The notes beneath the pieces are model-generated. The model saw only the letters and a program-made list of their open reading frames with translations, was not told the DNA's origin and did no database searches. A stretch of 63,902 nt of DNA, filler included, from Welwitschia mirabilis (taxonomy: Eukaryota), in NCBI GenBank assembly GCA_051453625.1. It is 4 parts of one record of this genome, joined end to end, with 100 filler letters (N's around TTAATTAATTAA, not from the genome) between each part and the next. Parts side by side here need not be neighbours in the genome. Positions count along the whole stretch, not along the records: positions 28,165 to 56,650 come from JBOZIK010000001.1; 3 more parts are not named here. One strand, written 5' to 3'. Position 1 is the first letter of the stretch; each line of letters opens with the position of its first letter. Below are positions 40,661 through 53,000 of this stretch, in pieces. The translations under genes and the position numbers were made by a program.

Positions 40661-41109
40661 ATAACTAGAGTAAAATGGGGGTATATAGCTCAAATGTGTC
40701 AAAATAGAATTCATCTTTTTGCTTCAGGTTTTCAAGCATCCCATTCCAAACAGTTTCAGGCTGCCAAACAACAGAAACATAGGGATTTAATATCTACTAA
40801 AGGAGATAGAATAAAAAGGAAAAGAGCTTTTCNNNNNNNNNNNNNNNNNNNNNNNNNNNNNNNNNNNNNNNNNNNNNNNNNNNNNNNNNNNNNNNNNNNN
40901 NNNNNNNNNNNNNNNNNNNNNNNNNNNNNNNNCATCACTTGTGTATTGCTTATATTAATGAAGTAGTCTGTTTTTATGGGGTATCTTATAGCAAATTTGT
41001 ACATTATATGTATAAAAATCAATTGCCTCTAAATCGTAAAACACTTGCTCAAATGGCTACATTGCATAATCCTTGTTTTTCTACTATTTCTCAAAAAATT
41101 ATGGCATAA
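40661..41109 (+). pseudogene. rpl20: Plastid-derived rpl20 pseudogene, copy B
   Basis: Start ATG>[28 protein letters not shown]...KRKRAF, a gap, then [27 protein letters not shown]...KIMA*. Confidence 0.93.
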
Positions 41110-41249
41110 GAATCCAAAATACCCAAATATTTCGCTCCAGAAAAAATATCAAAAAGAAAGCAAAAGGATTTATTTTTGCAAATTTTTTGAGAATTGCAAT
41201 TAGAATTTTTATAACTTAAAAAATATAGTAAAACTCAACTTTTATTATA

Positions 41250-41778
41250 GCTTTTTAATCTTTGTTTTGACTGTAAAGGGTAAAGCTTTTTTTTCTTTGT
41301 CTTTTTTAACTTTAATTTTTTGACCATAAAGAGTAAAAATGATAGAATATGAGCTCATTTAATAGCAACAGCCATAAGGCATTGTTATTTCCAAGTTAAT
41401 TTATTAACTTTTCTAGATAAGATTTTTCCTTGCTCACTAATATAATGATTACTCAGATTCACATTTTTATAATTGATCTGATCTTCTGACTTTATTTGAA
41501 TAGGTTTTTTTTCAAATTTTTTGTTGACAATATTTACGATTACTAGTCAGCCTCGGAGGCTTAAATCACTTAAAATGAAAAAGTTTCCATTTACAACTAC
41601 TAGACGATGTCTTAGGCTTATTAGATAGTGTCTCAGACTTATTAGATGGTGTCTTATACTTATTAGATGGTATCTCAAACTTAAACCACTTAAAATCAAA
41701 AGATTGCTTAGAATGTTTACGACTATCAGACAGTATCTCAAGCTTAAACCACTTGAAATCAAAAGATTGCTTAGACAT
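41250..41778 (-). pseudogene. rps18: Plastid-derived rps18 pseudogene, copy C, with a repetitive N-terminal extension
   Basis: The ATG at 41778 opens MSKQSFDFKWFK... repeats (ORF 41566-41778), followed by the same Rps18 core as copies A and B. Confidence 0.88.
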
Positions 41779-42379
41779 AGTTTAATGACTAGACATAATT
41801 TANNNNNNNNNNNNNNNNNNNNNNNNNNNNNNNNNNNNNNNNNNNNNNNNNNNNNNNNNNNNNNNNNNNNNNNNNNNNNNNNNNNNNNNNNNNNNNNNNN
41901 NNNNNNNNNNNNNNNNNNNNNNNNNNNNNNNNNNNNNNNNNNNNNNNNNNNNNNNNNNNNNNNNNNNNNNNNNNNNNNNNNNNNNNNNNNNNNNNNNNNN
42001 NNNNNNNNNNNNNNNNNNNNNNNNNNNNNNNNNNNNNNNNNNNNNNNNNNNNNNNNNNNNNNNNNNNNNNNNNNNNNNNNNNNNNNNNNNNNNNNNNNNN
42101 NNNNNNNNNNNNNNNNNNNNNNNNNNNNNNNNNNNNNNNNNNNNNNNNNNNNNNNNNNNNNNNNNNNNNNNNNNNNNNNNNNNNNNNNNNNNNNNNNNNN
42201 NNNNNNNNNNNNNNNNNNNNNNNNNNNNNNNNNNNNNNNNNNNNNNNNNNNNNNNNNNNNNNNNNNNNNNNNNNNNNNNNNNNNNNNNNNNNNNNNNNNN
42301 NNNNNNNNNNNNNNNNNNNNNNNNNNNNNNNNNNNNNNNNNNNNNNNNNNNNNNNNNNNNNNNNNNNNNNNNNNNNNNN

Positions 42380-42500
42380 CTTTTTGGGTATAATGAAAAC
42401 ATTCCAAAAAAACTACTACTTATGAACATTTTTTGCTGGTATAACCTTAATATAATCATCTATTTCTCTTTTCAATTAGAAAACCTTTTCTAGAAAATGC
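42380..42500 (-). pseudogene. rpl33: Probable rpl33 5' fragment
   Basis: Lies between psaJ and rps18 on the same strand. IIL and HYTQK resemble Rpl33 IILECT...RYITQKN. Frameshifted and cut by a gap. Confidence 0.45.
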
Positions 42501-42633
42501 TAAATGACTCCCTTTATTTTCCTTCCATAATAGAGAATTAGGGAATAAAAAAATTCCATACCCATAATTTTTTACAACCTCCAAAATAATTTAGTTCTTT
42601 CCAACAACAAAAGAAGAATGGAAAGAAATCCAC

Positions 42634-42768
42634 CTTTAAAAAGAAAAAAATAAAAGTAAGAACCTCTAGGAAAAAATAATTGATTTCAATTAATAAACCA
42701 GCTAAAGAACTAAATAATAGAGTTGCTAAAATAGGTGTCATTGAAAGATATGTCTTTATATCTTATAT
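42634..42768 (-). pseudogene. psaJ: Plastid psaJ pseudogene
   Basis: (ATA)(TAA)[37 protein letters not shown] matches PsaJ. The start codon is lost and codon 2 is a stop. Confidence 0.93.
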
Positions 42769-43088
42769 AGAATATTCTCCTTTTTTGAAATCTCAAAAAG
42801 TAAATCATCTTTATCATTAAAAACCCTTCAATTAAAGGAAACTATACTGACNNNNNNNNNNNNNNNNNNNNNNNNNNNNNNNNNNNNNNNNNNNNNNNNN
42901 NNNNNNNNNNNNNNNNNNNNNNNNNNNNNNNNNNNNNNNNNNNNNNNNNNNNNNNNNNNNNNNNNNNNNNNNNNNNNNNNNNNNNNNNNNNNNNNNNNNN
43001 NNNNNNNNNNNNNNNNNNNTTGCTTTTTCCTTCGGTACTAAACTAATTAGAACTTAATCACAAATAATGAGTAATTAAGTTTTAAAGA

Positions 43089-43146
43089 GCACTCTTAGTT
43101 CGGCTTGGTAGAACACAGGTCTGCAAAACCTGATATTGTATGTTGG
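43089..43146 (+). pseudogene. trnW: Truncated plastid trnW pseudogene (anticodon reads GCA)
   Basis: GCACTCTTAGTTCGGCTTGGTAGAACACAGGTCTGCAAAACCTGATATTGTATGTT resembles plastid trnW-CCA GCGCTCTTAGTTCAGTTCGGTAGAACGTGGGTCTCCAAAACCC... The 3' acceptor strand is missing. Position and orientation relative to psaJ fit. Confidence 0.8.
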
Positions 43147-43149
43147 AAA

Positions 43150-45858
43150 ATTTCAATATTCAAGGTAAAAAACAAATCAATTGAGTCCTGGTCCCTTTTT
43201 TTACGCTCCAAAAAGAAAAACAAAAAGAAAAAAGAAAAAATTATGCAAATTGTATTCTGAAGATATCCAGTGGTTTTTTGCATAGGAATACTACTTTTTG
43301 TCTATGAAATGACTCTCAATACAAGAGTTCTAGTCCAGGATTCCTAGAATATAGTGATTTGCTTGATAAATTTGTTTTTATACATAAAGAAGTTCATTTT
43401 TTCGAGAAATCCTAACCAATAGCAATACAAAACAAAAGTATTATTCGAGAAGATACATAAATAACTACTAAGAAAAAAAGTTAAGTAGGTGGATTAGCTC
43501 AAATTTACAAAAATAAGATAAAGCTCATTATTAAAATATTGCTTGGATACATCGATTTTTATAGGAAGAAAACAAAAAATATTGACATAAAACTTTTGTA
43601 TCACCTACACAAAATCTTGGGGAGGGTTTTCCATCTGAAAAAAACTATTTTCAAACATTCAACAAACCTCACAGAAAAAAATCTTTTATCTTACTATGAA
43701 CTGTCTGGAATATAAAATTCCTAATTCAAAGGAAATAAAAGTGTCTTTTTTCCCAGATCTTTTGAGAGAAGAAGATAACTTGCATATTCAAATTAGCAAT
43801 TGTTTCTATGAAGATGGAGGGAAAAAATTCCAAAAAGGTATTCAGTTGATTCAGATTTGTTTAATATTTAATTGGGAACAAATACATTCNNNNNNNNNNN
43901 NNNNNNNNNNNNNNNNNNNNNNNNNNNNNNNNNNNNNNNNNNNNNNNNNNNNNNNNNNNNNNNNNNNNNNNNNNATTCTAATTTTTCCTGGAGTCAAAAA
44001 AAAAAATTAAATTAGTTCCAAAAGGACATTTCCCTCTGTATTGGACAAAACTCAATCTTTCTCTTTGAGTGAAAAGATTCAATTACCAAGTAACTATATA
44101 GCAACTTTTTGTTCATTAAACAATGAAAAAAATATGTTTCTAATTCTATCAACATCTGATTGTTTTTGAATCCATCTATTCCAAACAAAAAAAAAATGAC
44201 AATATACAAAATAAGTCAAATTCAAATAAACTATCAACAATCATNNNNNNNNNNNNNNNNNNNNNNNNNNNNNNNNNNNNNNNNNNNNNNNNNNNNNNNN
44301 NNNNNNNNNNNNNNNNNNNNNNNNNNNNNNNNNNNNNNNNNNNNNNNNNNNNNNNNNNNNNNNNNNNNNNNNNNNNNNNNNNNNNNNNNNNNNNNNNNNN
44401 NNNNNNNNNNNNNNNNNNNNNNNNNNNNNNNNNNNNNNNNNNNNNNNNNNNNNNNNNNNNNNNNNNNNNNNNNNNNNNNNNNNNNNNNNNNNNNNNNNNN
44501 NNNNNNNNNNNNNNNNNNNNNNNNNNNNNNNNNNNNNNNNNNNNNNNNNNNNNNNNNNNNNNNNNNNNNNNNNNNNNNNNNNNNNNNNNNNNNNNNNNNN
44601 NNNNNNNNNNNNNNNNNNNNNNNNNNNNNNNNNNNNNNNNNNNNNNNNNNNNNNNNNNNNNNNNNNNNNNNNNNNNNNNNNNNNNNNNNNNNNNNNNNNN
44701 NNNNNNNNNNNNNNNNNNNNNNNNNNNNNNNNNNNNNNNNNNNNNNNNNNNNNNNNNNNNNNNNNNNNNNNNNNNNNNNNNNNNNNNNNNNNNNNNNNNN
44801 NNNNNNNNNNNNNNNNNNNNNNNNNNNNNNNNNNNNNNNNNNNNNNNNNNNNNNNNNNNNNNNNNNNNNNNNNNNNNNNNNNNNNNNNNNNNNNNNNNNN
44901 NNNNNNNNNNNNNNNNNNNNNNNNNNNNNNNNNNNNNNNNNNNNNNNNNNNNNNNNNNNNNNNNNNNNNNNNNNNNNNNNNNNNNNNNNNNNNNNNNNNN
45001 NNNNNNNNNNNNNNNNNNNNNNNNNNNNNNNNNNNNNNNNNNNNNNNNNNNNNNNNNNNNNNNNNNNNNNNNNNNNNNNNNNNNNNNNNNNNNNNNNNNN
45101 NNNNNNNNNNNNNNNNNNNNNNNNNNNNNNNNNNNNNNNNNNNNTAAACCTTATTTGACTACTTCAGAGGATACTATTCATGGTAATTTTGCAAAAATTA
45201 TTAATCAAGGAGATCGTTTAATAACCTTTTTCTATGAAAGGTTCAAATCCACTGATATAATTCAAGGTCCTCATAAAGTATAACAATTGGCAGAAGCACA
45301 ATCCAACAATCCCGTAGTGTAAAATATAGAAGAGAATTTCCAAATTTGGGATTAAGATATGACATGAACTTTTGGGAGCTTTTGGGGTTTATTCATAAGT
45401 ACTAAAATAACTATGAAACAAGTTTGAATTCATTTTATTAATCAAATACAAAAGATTTATCAATTTCAAGGAGTACATATTTGTGAAAAGCATACAAAAC
45501 TTATTATAAGACAAATGACCTCAAGAGTACTAGTTTTTGACGACATAATTTTTAATGTTTTTTACCTAGAGAACTCATCAGATCATCACGAGCACAAAGA
45601 ATAGATCATGCTTTTGACAAAGCAATCCACTATAAAACAAAATTACTGGGAATAACAAAGGCGTCTTTTGATACTTCAAGCTTTATATTAGAGGCTAGTT
45701 TTCAAGAGACTACCCGAGTCTTAGCTAAAGCTACTATTCAAGGTCATATTGATTGGTTAAAAGGATTAAAGGAAAATGTGATTATAAGTAATATCATGCC
45801 TGTAGGTACAGGGAAAAAGACTAACTATTCCTTGTTTGCAAGAAGAAGAAGAAAATAA
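43150..45858 (+). pseudogene. rpoC2: Plastid rpoC2 3' half pseudogene (gapped)
   Basis: GFLHRNT, VGGLAQI, PDLLREEDN...IQLIQICLIFNW, KPYLTT...STDIIQG and [28 protein letters not shown]...[11 protein letters not shown]...PVGTG. Confidence 0.93.
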
Positions 45859-46088
45859 AATACAAAAACAAGAAAAAACAACCTATTTAGTTTAAATGAA
45901 AAGTGAGAAGATTCTTCTTTTTCCTTTTCAAAAAAGCATCATTTTTTACTTTTTTTTTTTTTTTGAATATATTGGTCAAGGTATTTTTNNNNNNNNNNNN
46001 NNNNNNNNNNNNNNNNNNNNNNNNNNNNNNNNNNNNNNNNNNNNNNNNNNNNNNNNNNNNNNNNNNNNNNNNNNNNNNNNNNNNNNNN

Positions 46089-46130
46089 AGGATCTAGGTC
46101 TTAGTTAGATCTTAGTTTGATCTGGATCCT
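46089..46130 (-). terminator. Inverted repeat (stem-loop) just 3' of rps7
   Basis: AGGATCTAGGTC ... GATCTGGATCCT form an imperfect 12-bp stem just past the rps7 stop, typical of plastid 3' UTR hairpins. Confidence 0.45.
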
Positions 46131-46146
46131 TTTTATGAAGTATGTA

Positions 46147-46619
46147 TTAAAGGTAATTGGCAAAAGCTCTATTGGCCTCTGCCATTTTATAAGTCTCTTC
46201 CTTTTTGTATATAGCTTTACCTTTCCCTTTAGTAGCATCTATCAATTTAAAACTGAATTTGGACTTCATATTTAAAACTAGATGTTTTTGAGATGCCTCT
46301 AATAACCAACGAATGGCTAGTATTTTTCCTTGATTAGGTTTTATTTCAAAGGAAACTTGATAAGTTGATCTGATTTTACATCTTGATTTTACTATTAGAC
46401 GGGGAGTTACTTTCTTTATGGCTTGGCGTAGAACCAATAGTGGATTTTTCTCTATCTTTTGTTGAATCTGTTTTATGGATCAATAAAGAATTTGATAAGC
46501 CAATGATTTTTTTCCTTGTTTAATAATACGGTTAAGCACCATGTTAACTAATCAACTCTAATAAATCAGATTAGATTTTTTCGTTCTTTTTGTTTTTTTA
46601 TAGTATTTTGCCATGACAT
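46147..46619 (-). pseudogene. rps7: Plastid rps7 pseudogene
   Basis: Full-length match including LVNMVLNRIIKQGKKSLAYQ, LAIRWLL and MAEANRAFA. One frameshift and stops at Arg codons in the 5' part. Confidence 0.95.
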
Positions 46620-46672
46620 GAGTTTGAAAAAAGGTTGTAAAATATCTTTCATAAAGGCTAAAAATGAATCAT

Positions 46673-46698
46673 GTTTTTTGGCTTTTTGACTCCATATT
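46673..46698 (-). pseudogene. rps12: Plastid rps12 exon 3
   Basis: Minus strand AA TAT GGA GTC AAA AAG CCA AAA (YGVKKPK), directly upstream of rps7. Confidence 0.85.
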
Positions 46699-47040
46699 GT
46701 AGGGTGGATCCCTGGTACGAAAGATCTCCCTCTAAATCATAAATACAACTTTTGTCGAATACGGCTTTTTACATGATTCTATCTGCATAGATGAAATCTA
46801 TTATTTATGCATACTAATGATGTTTACTCACTCTTCATTGAGTATCTGTTTTCTTTTTTCTTTTGCTATGACTAGAAATCTTGTATTTTCCATACCTATA
46901 CAATTAAGTCCATAGGTTTAGAGTGTAGAAAAAAACTATTTAAAATCATTGCTATTTGACTTAAACCTGTTCTAGAAAGATTAAGGTATTTTTCATTTCA
47001 TTGTTTGTTGACACAAACAAAGTCAGAAACCTTAGGAAAT
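46699..47040 (-). other. 3' part of the rps12 cis-spliced group II intron (domains V-VI)
   Basis: Minus strand AAGCCGTATTCGACAAAAGTTGTATTTATGATTT-AGAGGGAGATCTTTC...GATCCACCCTAC matches the rps12 intron end. Exon 2 is not found beyond it. Confidence 0.8.
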
Positions 47041-50000
47041 GATTTCACTATTAAACCTTAGACTTTTTTGATGATAGCCTACTCTAGTTCCCTACAAAAC
47101 ATTTATTATGAGGAGGGGTGTCTTTAGAAGGTATAAGTAAAATTAGCTATTACAAAAGTTATAAGACTAGGTTATGAAAATAACCATGCATCTACACTAA
47201 ATAATTTAAATAGCTTAATAATTATAATTGGATTTCATGCCATTAGTCTCAAACTATGAATCATATAAACATAATAATCCAAACATCATTAATGTAGTAT
47301 GTAATCTAGTTAGATTTGAGAAACATAAAATGAAATATTATTAATTCTATGCATTAAATGATGACGTAGCTTTCACTAAGGGCTTGGACATAAGGGTATC
47401 AACCTAGTTGACTATATGAGATAAGAAACTTGGTTCTAATCTCTTCTAGTACTCTTCTCAACACTTGGTACTTTCTTCATGTTAGTAAAGTAATTAAGAA
47501 GATGTTTTTAAAAGAAAATACCCTTGTTTAAATACATTAGAATTCTAAGAATATTAGAAAAGAACTTTATCAAGTAGTTAAGTAATTATAGCATTACTAC
47601 TTGCATCATTAAGTGATAGCAATTAGTGATAAATTTAATAATCAAATGTAATAAGCATTATTAGATAGTATCACTAGGTGACTCTAAGTGATGATGATTT
47701 TGAAAAATGTATGGTTACTTCTTTGTTATTAAACAATGAAAAGTAATGACAATTATAAAAGATGGTATTACTAAATGGTTATTAAGTAATAATAAGTGGC
47801 AATGTGTTTAGTTTTTAATAAATGAAGGAATTATGATGAAGTAATTATTATTTGGATTGTTACATGCTAGAAAGAAGGGTGGGGGGAATTAACCTTAATA
47901 AATTTACTTACTTATTGTCAGAGTTTTATGTTAACCTTATGCTGGCTTTTGCATGCTCCTTAGTGGGCCTATTATCTTACAATCAAACCTAAAATTTTTA
48001 CAATGGTAACCTCTCAAATGTCTTATTTTATATTCCTAAATATTCCAAGCCTATTTTCTCTCTTCTTAAGCATGTAAAAATGATTATTTCATGAGGCACT
48101 TATCTTGTCAAACACAAGGGAATATACTATACTAAATAATAAATTTTCTACAGTGGTTACATTGTTGGTAACGTAATTTGATTTATATTTTAATAAAGCC
48201 TTATTTTTTATCACTAATTTAACCATGATTACTAGCCATGAAATTGTTCATTTTGAATGTTCTTTTATACCTATTATATTGAGTTGGTTACTTTAATGTT
48301 TTTTTTTATAACATCTTTACTAAGGTTAGATATCTTATGTGTTAGTATTTATAACATCTTTCGTGCTAGTCTGCGTTTCCTACATTTTGTTATAAGTTGA
48401 TGTACCTTTAAAGGGTGATGATACTTTGGTATTACAAATTCTTTACATTTTTACCCATGACATTTAAGATCTATAGAATATGACCTATCACTTACTTATA
48501 AACCCTCATTACTTAATGATCTATCATTTTAGATAAGGGTAGTTATTTAGGATTTCTTGGTAGTTTACCTTATAAACAATCATACCTAGTGCTTAAGAGG
48601 ATAAGTTTTCTATTATTAATACTTTTTAGCTTCTATAAAATATCCTTAAACATTTCTTTTATATATACTTAAACAATTATAAGTTTTTAAATTCCCTTAT
48701 AGTCCTTATGAAAGAATAGTAATTAGAATGGTACATACTATAATAGAAAAACCTAGTTTTATAAATTTAAGATTGCTATCTATACTTTGATTATTAAGAC
48801 ATAACTCTAAATATTTTTATTAATAAAAATTATCAAGGCACAATAACACCTTTGTTTATAAATTTGAAATGTAAAATATAGACTTCTCAAATTACCTCTT
48901 AAGATTCCAAATTATAAAGACAAAAGTAAGTTTAATTATACATTAAACTTAAGTTAATCATGACATATCTATCATAATCCATGAAAGATTTTAAATTTGG
49001 ATTTGAAATAATTAATAATAGGCTTGAGTTCGTTACATGTAACTAATTTCTTTTTTAATAAATAAATAGAAATAACTCAACTAAATTAAAATTTAATTAT
49101 GAAAAAGAAAATAAAAATGAAATAATTAAATTTAATATTCACCTGCATCTAAAAAGAAAGATGAATGACATCAACTCTATAAAGCTAATAGTCGATGATC
49201 CTCTTAATAATGTATTTAAGTACAACATGGAATTACTTACAAATTGGTGCTCTAGTAAAGTTGAAAATAGATAGCATGTTACAAAACACAAGAAATACAA
49301 CATTGTCATCCACTAAACTAGTTATGAACATGAAAATTTAATATAAAATGAAATAAAAATTAAGGAAAAACTAAGGAGGGTGAAGTGAAATTAGCTTGTA
49401 CAGTCAAGTATTAACTCTTTAGTTTACATTAACTTGTAATAAAAATGAATAAATTGGAAATTAAAGGTGGAGAAGTAAGAAACCTAGTTTAGGGACATTA
49501 TAAAAGCATTGCCATAAAGGATTCTTGAATGAATCACATATCATAATACTAAAATGAAGATGCAAAACACAAAAACCAAAATGAAACTTTATTATAGATA
49601 AAATTAAACTACAAGATTATTTGGAATGAATTCTTTAATGTAAAATTATCCATCTGGCTTTTTTTTTATAATGGAAAAGGGTTAAATCCATAATGGAATT
49701 ACAATGGTAGTTTGAGAAACTTAAAAATGAAATTGGTTTCAATCCAATTCGGGATAGGAAGTATTTGGAATAATGATTGATTTGATACTATTCTTATTCT
49801 TTTATTCCTATACATTCTTCTTGAAAATGCCTATCATTATTGTAATATATCCTTCATCTTTATCACAAGCCTATCACATATAGTGTTACTTTTATTAATG
49901 AGAGAAAAAAGGATCAATGCAACCTTGGACTAAGAATATACTTTATTAGCAAGATATAAAATTTTTAAAGTAAAAGTAGATTCTATTATCATTCTATGAT

Positions 50001-53000
50001 AGTGAACAAAGTAAAAACTCAATTTTTAAAATGAAGAGATCATGCTTTAAGCCTTTACAAAACTAGATGTGTAATTAACATGATAATTGAAATTAGGAAA
50101 AGAAAATTTGGTATAAAAACTAAATTATATCATAAAGAAATTTCTTAGGTCAAACTGCAAATATATTGGAAACACATGAGTATTGAACCAATAAAACACT
50201 TGATGTGAATTATATGGTAATATTAATATTACTTTATTAATCTGTCACTTAATATAATTAAACAACTATTTTTCTTAAGTAACATTCAACTAATTTAATG
50301 CATATGACTTAAAATAATCCTAACAAATTACATCTGTAAAAGCAAAATTTCATAAGATGTGAAAATTGAAATACAATTAATTAGAAAAAAGTAATATTTT
50401 ATGAATACTTAAAAGATTATAAAGATCACTTATAATTCATGTAAATAATTAAATGAATTTAAACAGTCAAATTTACCTAAGTCATTTTCTCATGTGAAAA
50501 TAATTTTCCTTGAAAGTTGACTTATTTAATTCATAGTAAATGGATGTAATTAGGTACTTATATAATTCAAACATCATATTCCATTTTATATAAAATGTAC
50601 ATCAATTTAGAATTAAAATATAACAATTGTAAATCTATATTCTTCAAATTGACTAGGCAAATTGTTTGACAATAATGAGTTTTTCACTAAATTTGCAACA
50701 CATTTGACATGAAAGATAACTCATTACTAAGCATAAAATGAATTACAAAAATAAGGGTTTTAATCAATAAGAAATTAATAAAAACTAACATATGAATGTC
50801 CATTAAATCAAAGCAATCCTAGTTAATTTCAAGATGTTTTGGCCCATAAAAAGAGAACAAATGAAGAAGAGAGAGAAAAGGGAGAGAGAGAATTCATAAT
50901 AATAGACTTAAATAATTTTAGAACTGTAAAAATACATATAATATGCCATAAAATAAGTTTCTAAAACTAAATATTCAAGAATAAGTAGAATCAATTGTAA
51001 TTGATAAAAACTATTCATCTAGAAAAACTGCAAAAACTTACAGTTAATCATACTTTGACCAAGAATATTAAGATATTATAAAAGTACTCAAAAATATTGC
51101 AATATAGAATTTTTAATTTCTAAAATCAAATTAAGAATAACTAAAAAAATTCATTGTGCAAAATTATAAAAAATAAGATTTATTAGTTTAGAAAGTTGTC
51201 TAAGTAAAACTCCAGATAAGACTAAAAATGGCTGAAAAATGGTTTCAAATGCCAAATTTATATTTTAATACTTTGAAAATAAAGTTTCTAAATTATGCAA
51301 GGAATGTACAAATAAAATTTTAGAATCCTTAAAGTTTCTGACAAAACGTTATGACTAAAACAAGCACTAAAATTAACTATTCTACTTTGATTTTTAGAAA
51401 GAAGAAAGAAGAGAGAATAATTCTTGCAAAGAATAATTTTAGTTCCAAGAAAGCATAAATCAAATATTTATAGAACATTCTACTACTATTTGAGGGAGAA
51501 AATAGAAATTCAACATCAATTTCCTTAGAAGAAANNNNNNNNNNNNNNNNNNNNNNNNNNNNNNNNNNNNNNNNNNNNNNNNNNNNNNNNNNNNNNNNNN
51601 NNNNNNNNNNNNNNNNNNNNNNNNNNNNNNNNNNNNNNNNNNNNNNNNNNNNNNNNNNNNNNNNNNNNNNNNNNNNNNNNNNNNNNNNNNNNNNNNNNNN
51701 NNNNNNNNNNNNNNNNNNNNNNNNNNNNNNNNNNNNNNNNNNNNNNNNNNNNNNNNNNNNNNNNNNNNNNNNNNNNNNNNNNNNNNNNNNNNNNNNNNNN
51801 NNNNNNNNNNNNNNNNNNNNNNNNNNNNNNNNNNNNNNNNNNNNNNNNNNNNNNNNNNNNNNNNNNNNNNNNNNNNNNNNNNNNNNNNNNNNNNNNNNNN
51901 NNNNNNNNNNNNNNNNNNNNNNNNNNNNNNNNNNNNNNNNNNNNNNNNNNNNNNNNNNNNNNNNNNNNNNNNNNNNNNNNNNNNNNNNNNNNNNNNNNNN
52001 NNNNNNNNNNNNNNNNNNNNNNNNNNNNNNNNNNNNNNNNNNNNNNNNNNNNNNNNNNNNNNNNNNNNNNNNNNNNNNNNNNNNNNNNNNNNNNNNNNNN
52101 NNNNNNNNNNNNNNNNNNNNNNNNNNNNNNNNNNNNNNNNNNNNNNNNNNNNNNNNNNNNNNNNNNNNNNNNNNNNNNNNNNNNNNNNNNNNNNNNNNNN
52201 NNNNNNNNNNNNNNNNNNNNNNNNNNNNNNNNNNNNNNNNNNNNNNNNNNNNNNNNNNNNNNNNNNNNNNNNNNNNNNNNNNNNNNNNNNNNNNNNNNNN
52301 NNNNNNNNNNNNNNNNNNNNNNNNNNNNNNNNNNNNNNNNNNNNNNNNNNNNNNNNNNNNNNNNNNNNNNNNNNNNNNNNNNNNNNNNNAATTTATCAAT
52401 TTTCACTCAAAAATGACTAGAAATGAATAGATTATGGCTTCTAGAATGTAATTTTCGAAGGTACTAAAGTTGTAAAAAGCTCTAATATCATCTAATGTCA
52501 TTCATCTAGTGTCAGAGTAAGTTAGAATCATCACATCAGCAAGAGTATGATATATGATAATAAAAAAAGAACTATGAATAGAGGTTTTATGTTGAAGTAG
52601 TCATTCATAATCTGCATTTTCACCTTAAATATTAATATTTGAATCACAAGCATTGTGAAGAGCTTCAAATTGAATCATAATGTATCAGTTTAAGCTTATT
52701 GAATGTCCAGGGTACCTATAACCTAAAAAGTGAAAAAAATACCTCTAAATGTAGTATTAAAGTTTGAATAGTAATGTATAATATTGATTATTAATACCTT
52801 ATTTTATCTAAAATTCAAGCTTTATTGCACTCCCTAAGTAGTTTCCTTGTACATATTGTGCAAGTGATGATAATAATAAGAATGAATCCTATTAGCTATG
52901 AAGATGTTCATCTGTAGGATATGGTATCAGACTTGTTATTAGAATGTCTAATCATATTTGTTATTTACCTAATGGTGAATAATTACATTATGTACTAAGC

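Noticed and set aside
43089-43146. Functional tRNA-Cys or a recoded tRNA
   Set aside because: The body is trnW-like and the 3' acceptor strand is missing.
35212-47040. Functional gene transfer, genuine plastome contig, or bacterial contaminant
   Set aside because: The genes carry stops, frameshifts, lost starts or truncations. No transit peptide is evident, the gene order is plastid-type, and the flanks are nuclear repeats.
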